Virus record (IMG/VR): IMGVR_UViG_3300035696_000034
Span: 8,487-72,486 of that record
Length of the DNA: 64,000 bases
Direction: 5' to 3' (one strand)
Origin: a virus
Taxonomy: Duplodnaviria > Caudoviricetes
The notes under the pieces were generated by a model. That model saw nothing but the letters and a program-made list of their open reading frames with translations. It was not told the origin of the DNA and ran no database searches. Made by a program: the position numbers and the translations under genes. How positions within the stretch are numbered: position 1 is the stretch's first letter; every line of letters begins with the position of its first letter. Shown here in pieces: positions 8,408-16,685 of the stretch.

Positions 8408-8475
8408 TAAAGTAGCATAACACAGAATCAAAAAGAGGCTCCCGCCGAGAGATCGACGGAAGCCTCTTTTATTTT
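8390..8475 (+). terminator. attenuator 1: antiterminator/intrinsic terminator pair
   Basis: terminator AAAAGAGGCT..AGCCTCTTTT (8431-8470) plus U tract; GCGGGAG..TTTTTGAT can instead pair with ATCAAAAA..CTCCCGC. Confidence 0.85.
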
Positions 8476-8477
8476 AT

Positions 8478-8557
8478 GGCAATGTAGCTCAGTTTTGGTA
8501 GAGCGGTGCTCTCATAAGGCGCGTCAGTCGGCGGTTCGATCCCGCCCATTGCCACCA
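8478..8557 (+). tRNA. tRNA-Met or Ile2 (CAU)
   Basis: cloverleaf, loop CTCATAA, encoded CCA. Confidence 0.85.
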
Positions 8558-8575
8558 GGTAAAAAGAAGGTTTTT

Positions 8576-8821
8576 ATGAATAGCAACGAAAATCACACAC
8601 AATGCCTCTTAATAAGCGATGGAGGCATGCAACAGGTCGCCTGGATACCAACAGTACGGGCTAACCTGAAGAGGATTAGAATAGACGGTACAGTGTTTAA
8701 CGTGAAAGAGCGATACAGCACGGTACCGAGTCGGGAAGTCCTAGATGATAGTTCAGATTACAGAAGGCACAGGAAAGCGACTGATCTGGAAAGCGGGTCT
8801 TGGAAAAGATTACCAGAATGA
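8576..8821 (+). CDS. hypothetical protein
   Basis: in-frame ATG after AGAAGG within ORF 8495..8821. Confidence 0.55.
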   Translation: MNSNENHTQCLLISDGGMQQVAWIPTVRANLKRIRIDGTVFNVKERYSTVPSREVLDDSSDYRRHRKATDLESGSWKRLPE

Positions 8822-8828
8822 AAATTAA

Positions 8829-8901
8829 TGCGGGAGGCTAGGCCCTGTGGTCTGGGAACTCTCATAAGGTTCCAACCTACGTTCAACTCGTAGTCCCGCA
8901 A
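8829..8901 (+). tRNA. tRNA-Met (CAU), atypical D arm
   Basis: TGCGGGA/TCCCGCA acceptor, GAACT/GGTTC stem, loop CTCATAA. Confidence 0.7.
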
Positions 8902-8958
8902 ATTTTGTTATCAATAGCAGCTTTAATTTCAACAGCTATTAATAAAATATCAACTAAT

Positions 8959-9036
8959 AGCAGGGTCGTCTAGTCCGGTTAAGATACTGGGCTCATAACC
9001 CGGAGATCGTTCGTTCAAATCGAACCCCTGCAACCA
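8959..9036 (+). tRNA. tRNA-fMet (CAU), initiator type
   Basis: 1-72 mismatch, GGG/CCC anticodon stem, CCA. Confidence 0.9.
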
Positions 9037-9044
9037 CTCACAGC

Positions 9045-9111
9045 GGGAGACCGACGTCAGTAGCTTTAGTAAAGTATCCGGTAAAGGATCTCTATTGACC
9101 TTTCGTCTCCC
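9045..9111 (+). ncRNA. tRNA-sized structured RNA candidate inside array 1
   Basis: GGGAGAC(C)GA/TCGTCTCCC, GTCAGTAG/CTATTGAC and two small hairpins. Confidence 0.45.
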
Positions 9112-9122
9112 CATGAATTAAA

Positions 9123-9198
9123 GGGCGTATCGTCCAACGGTTTAAGATGCGAATCTGATAAGTTCGAGATCGTAGTTCAATTCTACGTACGCCCACCA
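9123..9198 (+). tRNA. tRNA-Ile (GAU)
   Basis: cloverleaf, loop CTGATAA, CCA. Confidence 0.9.
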
Positions 9199-9204
9199 TT
9201 TTAA

Positions 9205-9277
9205 GGCTGTTTAGCCTACGCGGTCACGGCGCTCGCCTGAAGAGCGAGATATTCCAGTTCGACTCTGGAAGCAGCCA
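9205..9277 (+). tRNA. tRNA-Phe (GAA)
   Basis: cloverleaf, loop CTGAAGA; no encoded CCA. Confidence 0.9.
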
Positions 9278-9294
9278 TTTTTTAAGTTTACAAG

Positions 9295-9381
9295 GGAGAG
9301 TTGGGTGAATGGTAAAACCACGAGTTTGCTAAACTCGCGTCCGTCAAGGACATGCAGGTTCGAGCCCTGCACTCTCCGCCA
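9295..9381 (+). tRNA. tRNA-Ser (GCU)
   Basis: long variable arm, loop TTGCTAA, G73, CCA. Confidence 0.9.
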
Positions 9382-9388
9382 GTTTTAC

Positions 9389-9465
9389 GGGTCTGTAGTT
9401 TAGTTGGTTAAAGCACCTGATTGTCGATCAGGATATCGGGAGTTCGAATCTCCTCAGACCCGCCA
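9389..9465 (+). tRNA. tRNA-Asp (GUC)
   Basis: cloverleaf, loop TTGTCGA, CCA. Confidence 0.9.
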
Positions 9466-9474
9466 TTTTATACA

Positions 9475-9549
9475 GGGTTGCTCGTTCAGCGGCTAGGACC
9501 TACGGTTGTCGACCGTATGACAGGAGTTCAACTCTCCTGCAGCCCGCCA
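9475..9549 (+). tRNA. tRNA-Asp (GUC), second copy
   Basis: cloverleaf, loop TTGTCGA, CCA. Confidence 0.85.
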
Positions 9550-9562
9550 TCTTAAAAATCCT

Positions 9563-9591
9563 TTGTATCCGCCTCTCCAAGATAGTATATT
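9563..9591 (+). promoter_or_regulatory. sigma70-type promoter (probably leaderless mRNA)
   Basis: TTGTAT-17nt-TATATT, ATG 5 nt downstream with no SD. Confidence 0.55.
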
Positions 9592-9596
9592 AGGGT

Positions 9597-10157
9597 ATGG
9601 CTCTCTTCCTTAAATCCTTCACGCTCAAGACCGAATACAACGGGATGAAACCATTTAAAATGGACTTCCACGATGGCCTCAACATAATAGTGGGCGAGAA
9701 CGGTTCTGGGAAATCCTCCCTGCTCCGTTTAATCACTACCGACCAAAAAGATCTACGCCTACTTTGTTATGTAAAAGCTGACCCTGTTAATTTTAGATTT
9801 CTGGATACTGAAAAGGATAATCCCCGACTAAAAGGGGACTTAAGTGATTCCAAAAACATAGCGTTTGATGTTGGCTCTCATTTTTGGTCTCATGGTGAGA
9901 CGATGCTGCCTCTGGTCTTGGCCACGAAAGAATTTGAAGGGATTGTTGTTCTTGTTGATGAGCCCGAATCTGGTATTTCCCTGACCAACCAAAAGAAGAT
10001 ATTTGATTCTTTTCAGGCATCTATAAAGAAAAACTGCCAGATAGTGGTGACTACCCATTCGTACGTCATCATAAAGAATTCTGACACTGTCTATTCTCTG
10101 GATAAGAAGGAGTGGGTGCCCTCTAAAGACTATTTGGACGGGATAGGGGTTGAATAA
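9597..10157 (+). CDS. short ABC/AAA-family ATPase
   Basis: GENGSGKS Walker A, VLVDEPE Walker B, TTHS H-loop. Confidence 0.85.
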   Translation: MALFLKSFTLKTEYNGMKPFKMDFHDGLNIIVGENGSGKSSLLRLITTDQKDLRLLCYVKADPVNFRFLDTEKDNPRLKGDLSDSKNIAFDVGSHFWSHGETMLPLVLATKEFEGIVVLVDEPESGISLTNQKKIFDSFQASIKKNCQIVVTTHSYVIIKNSDTVYSLDKKEWVPSKDYLDGIGVE

Positions 10158-10419
10158 CTTGTCAAAAACAAAAAGATTCATAATAAAATGTAAACTATTC
10201 ATTAGTGACGTAAAGTTTTATATAGGTTGGAGTCTCATAGAATTATTAGAAGAAAAAGATATATTCGAAAGAGTGTGCCTGTTATTTTTTAAATATCTAA
10301 ATCCGTTTTACATGGTCTGGTTTATTAAAAGGCATCATGCAATACTTAATAGTGTCCTTAAAGAAATGTTGGGCGTTGATATCTTAGATAAAGAAAGAGC
10401 AGAAGATGACAGACGTTAA
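10150..10419 (+). CDS. hypothetical protein
   Basis: 89 aa ORF coupled to the upstream gene. Confidence 0.5.
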   Translation: MNNLSKTKRFIIKCKLFISDVKFYIGWSLIELLEEKDIFERVCLLFFKYLNPFYMVWFIKRHHAILNSVLKEMLGVDILDKERAEDDRR

Positions 10420-10552
10420 ATATTGCACTCGCCTCACAATGCATAAGCATGTCTCCAAGCATAAACTCGATCCAGCTGTGAAGCGTATGCTATACAAAGT
10501 AACAACAAGAAAAGTCAAGCATCGTTGATTATTTAAAAAGGGATAGAATAAC

Positions 10553-11398
10553 ATGTCCGAAGTAAAATGGGTCATTGAGGATTTTGAGCCAGATAATAGC
10601 TTTGGCAAACTTGCCGAGGAAGTTAAGCGTCAGGGTATGGACTGTGAGACAATAAGATACCTGCCCATGCAAAGTGGGTCTTATGATGTTTTTCAGGACA
10701 ATTCCTGCGTCATATTTCAAGGTTCCATAGAGCTTGCCCTCCAGCTGCAAAAGCAAAAGAAGTGGATACCGGGATCATGGCTTACCCCTAAAAACTACGA
10801 GTGCACTACCTATTACACCCATTTCGGTAAGTATCTCTTCAACGATCCTTATATTTTTGTCACCAGTGGTGAACTATTAAGGAGATTTGAATGGTTGCAG
10901 AAGCAAGCTTTCGGAGGACTTAAGCAGTTTCTGTTCTTTCGTCCCAGCTCAGGCCTAAAACCCTTTGTAGCGTGTATACAGAACGTAGAATCAAAGGACG
11001 CCTTCAAGTCCTCCTGGTGGCCGTGGGTAGAGCAGTTCATGGAACCTTCTGATATTATCGTAGTCTCAACAGCCAAGGACATTCTCAAAGAGTGTCGGTT
11101 TGTGTGTGCCGAACATGAGATAATAACTGGATGCCAGTACCGAAAAGGCGAGAAATCCCAATACGATCCAGGTTATCCGGATGGAGCCAAAAAACTGGCA
11201 GATATGATAGCTCATGAAACATTTTCTCCAGATCCAATGTATATTATAGACATCTGCCAAGGAGCTGATTTAAATTACTATCTGCTCGAGATCAATAGTT
11301 TCTCTTGTGGAGGATTATATGCCTGCGAGATGGATCCCATCGTTAAAAGAGCTTCAGAGATAGCACTCAAAGAATGGACTAAAATAGGCGAAATCTGA
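10553..11398 (+). CDS. ATP-grasp domain protein (DUF4343-like)
   Basis: FFRPSSGLKPF, ECRFV, YIIDI..YYLLEINSFSCGGLY. Confidence 0.75.
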   Translation: MSEVKWVIEDFEPDNSFGKLAEEVKRQGMDCETIRYLPMQSGSYDVFQDNSCVIFQGSIELALQLQKQKKWIPGSWLTPKNYECTTYYTHFGKYLFNDPYIFVTSGELLRRFEWLQKQAFGGLKQFLFFRPSSGLKPFVACIQNVESKDAFKSSWWPWVEQFMEPSDIIVVSTAKDILKECRFVCAEHEIITGCQYRKGEKSQYDPGYPDGAKKLADMIAHETFSPDPMYIIDICQGADLNYYLLEINSFSCGGLYACEMDPIVKRASEIALKEWTKIGEI

Positions 11399-11406
11399 GG
11401 TAAATC

Positions 11407-11655
11407 ATGGCCAAGATTAGACAATGTAGCGCACACAAAACCTGCACACTGGAAGAAAATTGTGGACATGCAAAAAAACATTATGAAACGAAGTCTTGTT
11501 TAACCTCAGAAGGTAAATTGACAGAATGCCCTCGTCCTGCTCACGGTTGTTGTAAAGAGGTGCAATCTGAACCTAAGGAATCTGTGCACGTAGTCTGTTC
11601 TGAAATGTTTTCAGGTCTTGATCAATCTTTTGGAGACCGTTTTGTAGGGAGATAG
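11407..11655 (+). CDS. Cys-rich hypothetical protein
   Basis: 82 aa ORF. Confidence 0.55.
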   Translation: MAKIRQCSAHKTCTLEENCGHAKKHYETKSCLTSEGKLTECPRPAHGCCKEVQSEPKESVHVVCSEMFSGLDQSFGDRFVGR

Positions 11656-11657
11656 TT

Positions 11658-11945
11658 ATGGACTTTATGACATTCTTTAGATGGTTATTTCCGGGCATGT
11701 GTAGCAACAACATATTCCATAGATGGCATGATGATGGCTACGTACCTGTGGACTATTGTTACGATGGCATGAAAGAAATTGATCATTGTGATGAGAAAAG
11801 ACACAAGCGTCATTGTAAAAACTGTGGTATAAAAGAATATTACCGTACTGAAGGTAATATATACGGATGGTGGCCGGTACCTTTTATCAGCGAAGAGCAA
11901 AAGCAAAAAGATCTGGTTAGGGAAGTTTTAAAAGAATCGACATAA
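11658..11945 (+). CDS. hypothetical protein
   Basis: 95 aa ORF. Confidence 0.6.
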   Translation: MDFMTFFRWLFPGMCSNNIFHRWHDDGYVPVDYCYDGMKEIDHCDEKRHKRHCKNCGIKEYYRTEGNIYGWWPVPFISEEQKQKDLVREVLKEST

Positions 11946-11952
11946 GTAATAT

Positions 11953-12183
11953 ATGTTTCCTTTTTCCCACGTAAAACCATACATATTAACTAGCCCGTTA
12001 ATTGCAAAGCCCTATGTCATGTACCTCTGCAACAAGGATTGTGATTGCATAACCTACTGCAGCCTAGCAGAGATCAAAATATGCCCTCGGCACCATCCAA
12101 TAAAACACTGGATAAGCCGTATTTTCCCCAAAAAACCAAAGCCCCTTCTTAATCACGCAGTCCTGAGTGGAAAAAATGGATAA
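11953..12183 (+). CDS. hypothetical protein
   Basis: 76 aa ORF. Confidence 0.5.
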   Translation: MFPFSHVKPYILTSPLIAKPYVMYLCNKDCDCITYCSLAEIKICPRHHPIKHWISRIFPKKPKPLLNHAVLSGKNG

Positions 12184-12472
12184 AAGTTATTTAGAAGCCC
12201 TACGACTAATTTCTAACTGTATCCTTGCTCATGAAATGGGCGATAAGTGTGACAAGGAATTTTGGCCTGGGGTACAGAAATGGTTAGATGAGCATCTAGA
12301 GGTTTTTGCAACGAATGACAAAGAAGACAAGATAGTCCAAAAAATGTATGAAAAATTCGTTGAAGAATTTGACATAAAAGAAGCCTTACAGAAATTAGTT
12401 GATCCTAGCGATCCATACGGGTTTGTTCCCGTTGTCTATCCAAACAAACAATCTAAAAAGGATAAGAAGTAA
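12167..12472 (+). CDS. hypothetical protein
   Basis: 101 aa ORF. Confidence 0.55.
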   Translation: MEKMDKSYLEALRLISNCILAHEMGDKCDKEFWPGVQKWLDEHLEVFATNDKEDKIVQKMYEKFVEEFDIKEALQKLVDPSDPYGFVPVVYPNKQSKKDKK

Positions 12473-12473
12473 A

Positions 12474-12698
12474 ATGAGCTATACAGTACCAGAATTTTTC
12501 GAAGCTTATGATCGTGGCGATTTTGATAAGCTTGCACCAAAATGTGCCGACTGCAAACAACCTTTTAAAGAAGGCGAACCCTTAGGTCCCTACAAGACCA
12601 AAAGAGGTATGGTTTGTTCTGACTGCTACTTCAAGGTCTTCGGTGAAGAAGTAGAGAAGCATCCAATATGTGCACCTCGGAAAAGAGGGAAACATTAA
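12474..12698 (+). CDS. small Zn-finger protein, paralog of the next gene
   Basis: CADC...VCSDCYF. Confidence 0.6.
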   Translation: MSYTVPEFFEAYDRGDFDKLAPKCADCKQPFKEGEPLGPYKTKRGMVCSDCYFKVFGEEVEKHPICAPRKRGKH

Positions 12699-12699
12699 T

Positions 12700-12948
12700 A
12701 TGCCTCTATCATATGATGAGTTCTGTGAAAAAATGAAAGATCCCGCATTCCGGAATGCAGGAGCTGCCCGATGTGATAAATGTGGTGAGATCTTAGACGC
12801 TCTCGATCTCCAGGAGCCTCATGCAATAAAAGGAAAAGAAGTGTGCTCAGATTGTTATTTTGAAGAGTTCGGAAAGATGATTGACGAAGATGGTGGTATC
12901 GGAGGTCTCGGGACACATGGTCCTTTGACTGGTGGAGATATAGATTAA
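12700..12948 (+). CDS. small Zn-finger protein, paralog of the previous gene
   Basis: CDKC...VCSDCYF. Confidence 0.6.
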   Translation: MPLSYDEFCEKMKDPAFRNAGAARCDKCGEILDALDLQEPHAIKGKEVCSDCYFEEFGKMIDEDGGIGGLGTHGPLTGGDID

Positions 12949-12961
12949 AAAGGAGACCCAC

Positions 12962-13189
12962 ATGTTTTTACATTTTTTTGGTTTAGGTGTCTGTCTCTTT
13001 ATTTTGCTATGCATTATAACGATACTCACATTAGGAGCGCTAAACAAGCATCTACCGCGATGGTTCTGTGATAAAATGGGATGGCATTTAGCCCCGGAGT
13101 CAATAGGCTTTGATGGTTGTTCAATGAACGGTACCTGTCCTCGCTGTGGAGAGCATGTACTGCAAGATAGCCAAGGAAACTGGTTTTAA
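12962..13189 (+). CDS. membrane-anchored hypothetical protein
   Basis: AGGAG RBS, N-terminal hydrophobic helix. Confidence 0.6.
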   Translation: MFLHFFGLGVCLFILLCIITILTLGALNKHLPRWFCDKMGWHLAPESIGFDGCSMNGTCPRCGEHVLQDSQGNWF

Positions 13190-13203
13190 AGGAGAGAAAT
13201 AAA

Positions 13204-13485
13204 ATGAAATGGCTCGATCTACCATATAGACTTGAACAAATAGGTGTTTATTCTCCAGATACTGCATTTGATATAGTCAATAAGTTTGTTACCACGCCAG
13301 AATCATCGGCGACAATTAAATCCACAGATATAGACTCACAAAAGTTAAAAGCTGCAATTGCACATCTAAGAAAAATATTAGAGGAATATAATCGCCCGTC
13401 ATTTTCTCACGATGGTATACCCAAGATTTTTGATAAAATAATCAACGATGCAGACATTTGGTATGCACAACAGACAGATATTTAG
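13204..13485 (+). CDS. hypothetical protein
   Basis: AGGAG RBS, 93 aa. Confidence 0.55.
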   Translation: MKWLDLPYRLEQIGVYSPDTAFDIVNKFVTTPESSATIKSTDIDSQKLKAAIAHLRKILEEYNRPSFSHDGIPKIFDKIINDADIWYAQQTDI

Positions 13486-13594
13486 CAAACGATAAAAATC
13501 CGTCATTCCTTTTTAAAATCCCCATAATCTCCTCATATTTTATAATCTATAACAGGTTTATCCGCTATGATTTGTAATTACAAAAAGGAAAACT

Positions 13595-14047
13595 ATGTAC
13601 AGAATCTATATCGTTTTATTAGTGCTGCTTTCTATTTTCTCAATCGATGCATACGAGAATGAACTGCCCAGCAGTAGTCTAACTCCAGGTTCTTCTTATA
13701 ATAGGATTGATTTGATATGTGTATGCCATAAAGGATACATTAGCCATAAAACTATTTCTTTTGAGACGAGAAAAAAGGTATTGGAGAGATACAGTATACC
13801 TCTTTCCTGGGCTTCAGAATACAGAATTGATATGCTGATCCCAGAATCCCTTGGTGGAACGGACTCGTTGAACAATTTGTGGCCATTAAAGCTTAAAGGA
13901 AAGTGGAATTATGAAGCCAAACGTAGACTGGAAGAAAAGCTAGTTAAGCTTTCGTGTGACGGTATCATAGATCTTACTATGGCTAGATTCGAGATATCAA
14001 CGAACTGGGTAGAAGCCTACAAGAAGTATTTCGGAGATATTAGATAA
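13595..14047 (+). CDS. secreted HNH-like protein
   Basis: signal peptide, LTPG, YRIDMLIPESLGG..NNLWP (HNH-derived; the His of the typical DH appears replaced by Met). Confidence 0.6.
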   Translation: MYRIYIVLLVLLSIFSIDAYENELPSSSLTPGSSYNRIDLICVCHKGYISHKTISFETRKKVLERYSIPLSWASEYRIDMLIPESLGGTDSLNNLWPLKLKGKWNYEAKRRLEEKLVKLSCDGIIDLTMARFEISTNWVEAYKKYFGDIR

Positions 14048-14051
14048 GGAT

Positions 14052-14506
14052 TTATCTTTCGCCTCTAGTGAGAAGATGTACTTCCATCTTTTTGGCCTCA
14101 AAGTATTCTTCAGTAAACTTAGCCGCTTTGTCTGGATCGAAATAATCACAGAAAAAGATGTCAAAGTAGATACTATTGTGTCAAAGTAGATACTATTGTT
14201 ATCCTCAATAAAATGGCCAGTAATACTCGAGGTAGTGACTAACTGAGTAAAGGACCAACCGTAGAGTCTTTTTTCTTTTCCGATCTTGGCGATAGTTGGT
14301 GGACCGTATAGATGGCAGTCTATTATTTTGCTTAACTCTTTGATATACTTCTCGATGGCTTCTTTGCTTCTGACTTTCTCCGGACTGCAATCAAAAAGAT
14401 TGATGGATTCTAGATATCCCCATGCATCCTTCCTATCAAAATCAAGTTTTTTGTCTTGGATCTTTTTAGCGGATTCGTGGAGATGCTCCGCGATACACTT
14501 AAACAT
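14052..14506 (-). pseudogene. speD: S-adenosylmethionine decarboxylase-like gene frameshifted by a 20-bp tandem duplication
   Basis: WGYLESINLFDC...GWSFTQLVTTSSITGHF..NSIYFD; removing one copy restores IFFCDYFDPDKAAKFTEEYF and a 144 aa ORF. Confidence 0.75.
14159..14198. repeat. perfect 20-bp tandem duplication TGTCAAAGTAGATACTATTG x2
   Basis: read directly from the sequence. Confidence 0.95.
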
Positions 14507-14558
14507 TTTAATACCTCTTTGTAATATAAAAGGTATTAAAAAGTTATTAGATGAAGGA

Positions 14559-15176
14559 CTATCTTAAGTTGTAGAAATAAAGTAGTGCTGCCCAGCCGGA
14601 TGGCAAACATGTTGGAGCCTCTTTCAGCTTTCGGCCATACTTGACTGCCACCTCTAAAAAATACTTAGCATGAAAGAAAGCCTCAAGCATAGGTCTGGTG
14701 TGCTTTTCCCAGTTATTGTTGTGACGTATATTAAAAATTTTTCCTGTACCTTCTTTGTAGATATCTTCAAACGTGCTATTAAAAGTAACTCCTTCTGGCG
14801 CTAATTTTTTCAAAGCATCTACTATGTCCATAGTTAATGTTTGAATAAAATAAGTCTTAAAAGATGCGTGATAAAATCTATAGACACAATCCTCCATAAA
14901 CCAGTGTCCGTTTACCGTCTCAAGAAGCTTTTCAAGTTCTGGTAGATTCTTTTTGATGTTGTCCAAAAGGACCCCATGTAATTCCTGGATTTTTCCAAAG
15001 TGATTCTCCAGCCTTTGAAAATTAGAAGGATACATATTTTTATTCGCGTTAACTGTATCCAACGTCATAACAGGTACTTTAATCAATTTTTTTGATTTGG
15101 GTTGATCAAGAAAATCCGAAACACTACCTATTTTCCATCCCTTTTTCTCAAGTTTTTCTTGTTTTTTCTTATTCAT
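14559..15176 (-). CDS. conserved hypothetical protein
   Basis: 205 aa; YRFYHASFK, TRPMLEAFFHA, LPSGWAALLY segments. Confidence 0.7.
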   Translation of the reverse strand: MNKKKQEKLEKKGWKIGSVSDFLDQPKSKKLIKVPVMTLDTVNANKNMYPSNFQRLENHFGKIQELHGVLLDNIKKNLPELEKLLETVNGHWFMEDCVYRFYHASFKTYFIQTLTMDIVDALKKLAPEGVTFNSTFEDIYKEGTGKIFNIRHNNNWEKHTRPMLEAFFHAKYFLEVAVKYGRKLKEAPTCLPSGWAALLYFYNLR

Positions 15177-15194
15177 TTCTTCTCCTTTAAAAAT

Positions 15195-15230
15195 AAAAAG
15201 AGCTATATCTACTATAATATAGCTCTTTTT
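15195..15230. terminator. bidirectional intrinsic terminator
   Basis: AAAAAGAGCTATAT/ATATAGCTCTTTTT hairpin downstream of hsp20. Confidence 0.75.
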
Positions 15231-15254
15231 CCTACTGAATTTAAAGTAAAATAT

Positions 15255-15689
15255 TTATTCTATTTTCACCTCGATCTGTTTGGGCTTTGCTTTCTCACTC
15301 TTCTTCAACGTGAGCTCGAGTACGCCATTGGTATACTTGGCGTCGACTTGCTCTGGATCTACCTCTTCCGGAAGGCGGAACTGTCTTTCAAAAGAGCCAT
15401 ACGAGCGTTCAAAGTGATAATAACGATCCTTGTCTTTGTCGTACTTCTCTTCTTTCTTCTCTCCGGATATCAAAAGGACTCCATTGGAGACTTCAACCTT
15501 CAGATCCTTTTTGTCGATGCCCGGGATGTCCGCTGTGATCTTATAGGAGTCTTTATCCTCGATCACGTCTACTTTTGGAGACAATGTAGTCGGAAGAGAC
15601 TTTTCCCACGGATCCCAGCCACTAAACAGTTCATCAAACCAACTAGAAACAGCAAGAGCAGGACTCTGATAACGAATAAGACCACTCAT
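15255..15689 (-). CDS. Hsp20/alpha-crystallin small heat-shock protein
   Basis: PKVDVIE..ADIPG..ERSYGSFERQFRLP..AKYTNGVLELTL; GGAGGT RBS. Confidence 0.92.
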   Translation of the reverse strand: MSGLIRYQSPALAVSSWFDELFSGWDPWEKSLPTTLSPKVDVIEDKDSYKITADIPGIDKKDLKVEVSNGVLLISGEKKEEKYDKDKDRYYHFERSYGSFERQFRLPEEVDPEQVDAKYTNGVLELTLKKSEKAKPKQIEVKIE

Positions 15690-15751
15690 AAGAAACCTCC
15701 TGTTATGGGTTAATGTTAAATAATACTTTAAATATCTGCAAAGGATATGCC

Positions 15752-15788
15752 AAACAAAACCCCCTAAATCTGTTTGATCTAGGGGGTT
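15752..15788 (-). terminator. intrinsic terminator
   Basis: AACCCCCT/AGGGGGTT hairpin with U-rich tail on the minus strand. Confidence 0.6.
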
Positions 15789-15818
15789 GTGATGCAAAAT
15801 CGTTTTAATTTAAATCAG

Positions 15819-16457
15819 TTAAGGTTTCATTATGATACCTTCTATTTTGGGCTTGATGGAAGGAACCGTATAAGCGGTTTTTTCAGCGTGGTTGACCATT
15901 ATCCCCCATTTCATTCGGAGTTTATTTTTGTACTCGATAGACATCTTGTTGTACATGTAAATGAATCTCGTTACAGTGCATGGGACCGGACTGAGAAACC
16001 AGGATTTTAAAAACCTATAATGAGGCTCAGAGATCAACTTCAGAAGATATGGATTTCTGATGTAAAGCGACATGATTTCGGCTATCTCTTCATCATAGTC
16101 TTCGTTGGCCGCATCATATTTTGTGATGATGAATCTGTTCTCGGGGAATGCCTCAAGATAGTTTTTCTGAAAATCAACGAAATACGTCATTGACAGGAAG
16201 TGACTGAATTCGTGCATGATAATACCAAAAATAGTGCTATCTTCGATATAAACATAAGAGGATGGATTTTCATCACAAATCCAAGGATTTATTTTCAAGA
16301 CATCAGGCTCGTTTGGGTTATATAATCCGGCATCTTTTAAATGATAGTCCAATTGAAGGCGTAGATCGTAGGTAAATTTATTCTTCTTCTTGATAGTCTC
16401 TATCAGGGACATAGCGATCTTTATCTGGCTAGGCGGGTTGACGATCTCGAGCTGCAT
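15819..16457 (-). CDS. hypothetical protein with HEXXH motif (possible zincin)
   Basis: IMHEFSHF and a downstream EEIAE. Confidence 0.55.
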   Translation of the reverse strand: MQLEIVNPPSQIKIAMSLIETIKKKNKFTYDLRLQLDYHLKDAGLYNPNEPDVLKINPWICDENPSSYVYIEDSTIFGIIMHEFSHFLSMTYFVDFQKNYLEAFPENRFIITKYDAANEDYDEEIAEIMSLYIRNPYLLKLISEPHYRFLKSWFLSPVPCTVTRFIYMYNKMSIEYKNKLRMKWGIMVNHAEKTAYTVPSIKPKIEGIIMKP

Positions 16458-16481
16458 ATGTCCCTCATGAAGTTGTATTGA

Positions 16482-16673
16482 TCACTGAATAAATCCCTCT
16501 ATCTGTTCCTCACACGAATCGTAAAACTCCTTTAAAACTGAAATTGCATTTTTAATCCGCTCAGCATCTTTTTTATCGACGCATATTTCATCTGGATTTA
16601 GATATCCACCATCAGTTAAATCGTACCAAAAATCATTCTTTATCCAAGCCTCACAATCCTTTTTTACTTTCAC
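16482..16673 (-). CDS. hypothetical protein
   Basis: 63 aa ORF. Confidence 0.55.
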   Translation of the reverse strand: MKVKKDCEAWIKNDFWYDLTDGGYLNPDEICVDKKDAERIKNAISVLKEFYDSCEEQIEGFIQ

Positions 16674-16685
16674 ATCATTTCCTTT

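Noticed and set aside
8495-8575. ORF extensions through tRNA genes (also 22531, 27602, 30439)
   Set aside because: They read through tRNA sequence; downstream starts with an RBS explain the real genes.
15102-15713. 203-aa plus-strand ORF and many other antisense ORFs in the track
   Set aside because: Shadows of well-supported genes on the opposite strand (here hsp20); no RBS or motifs.
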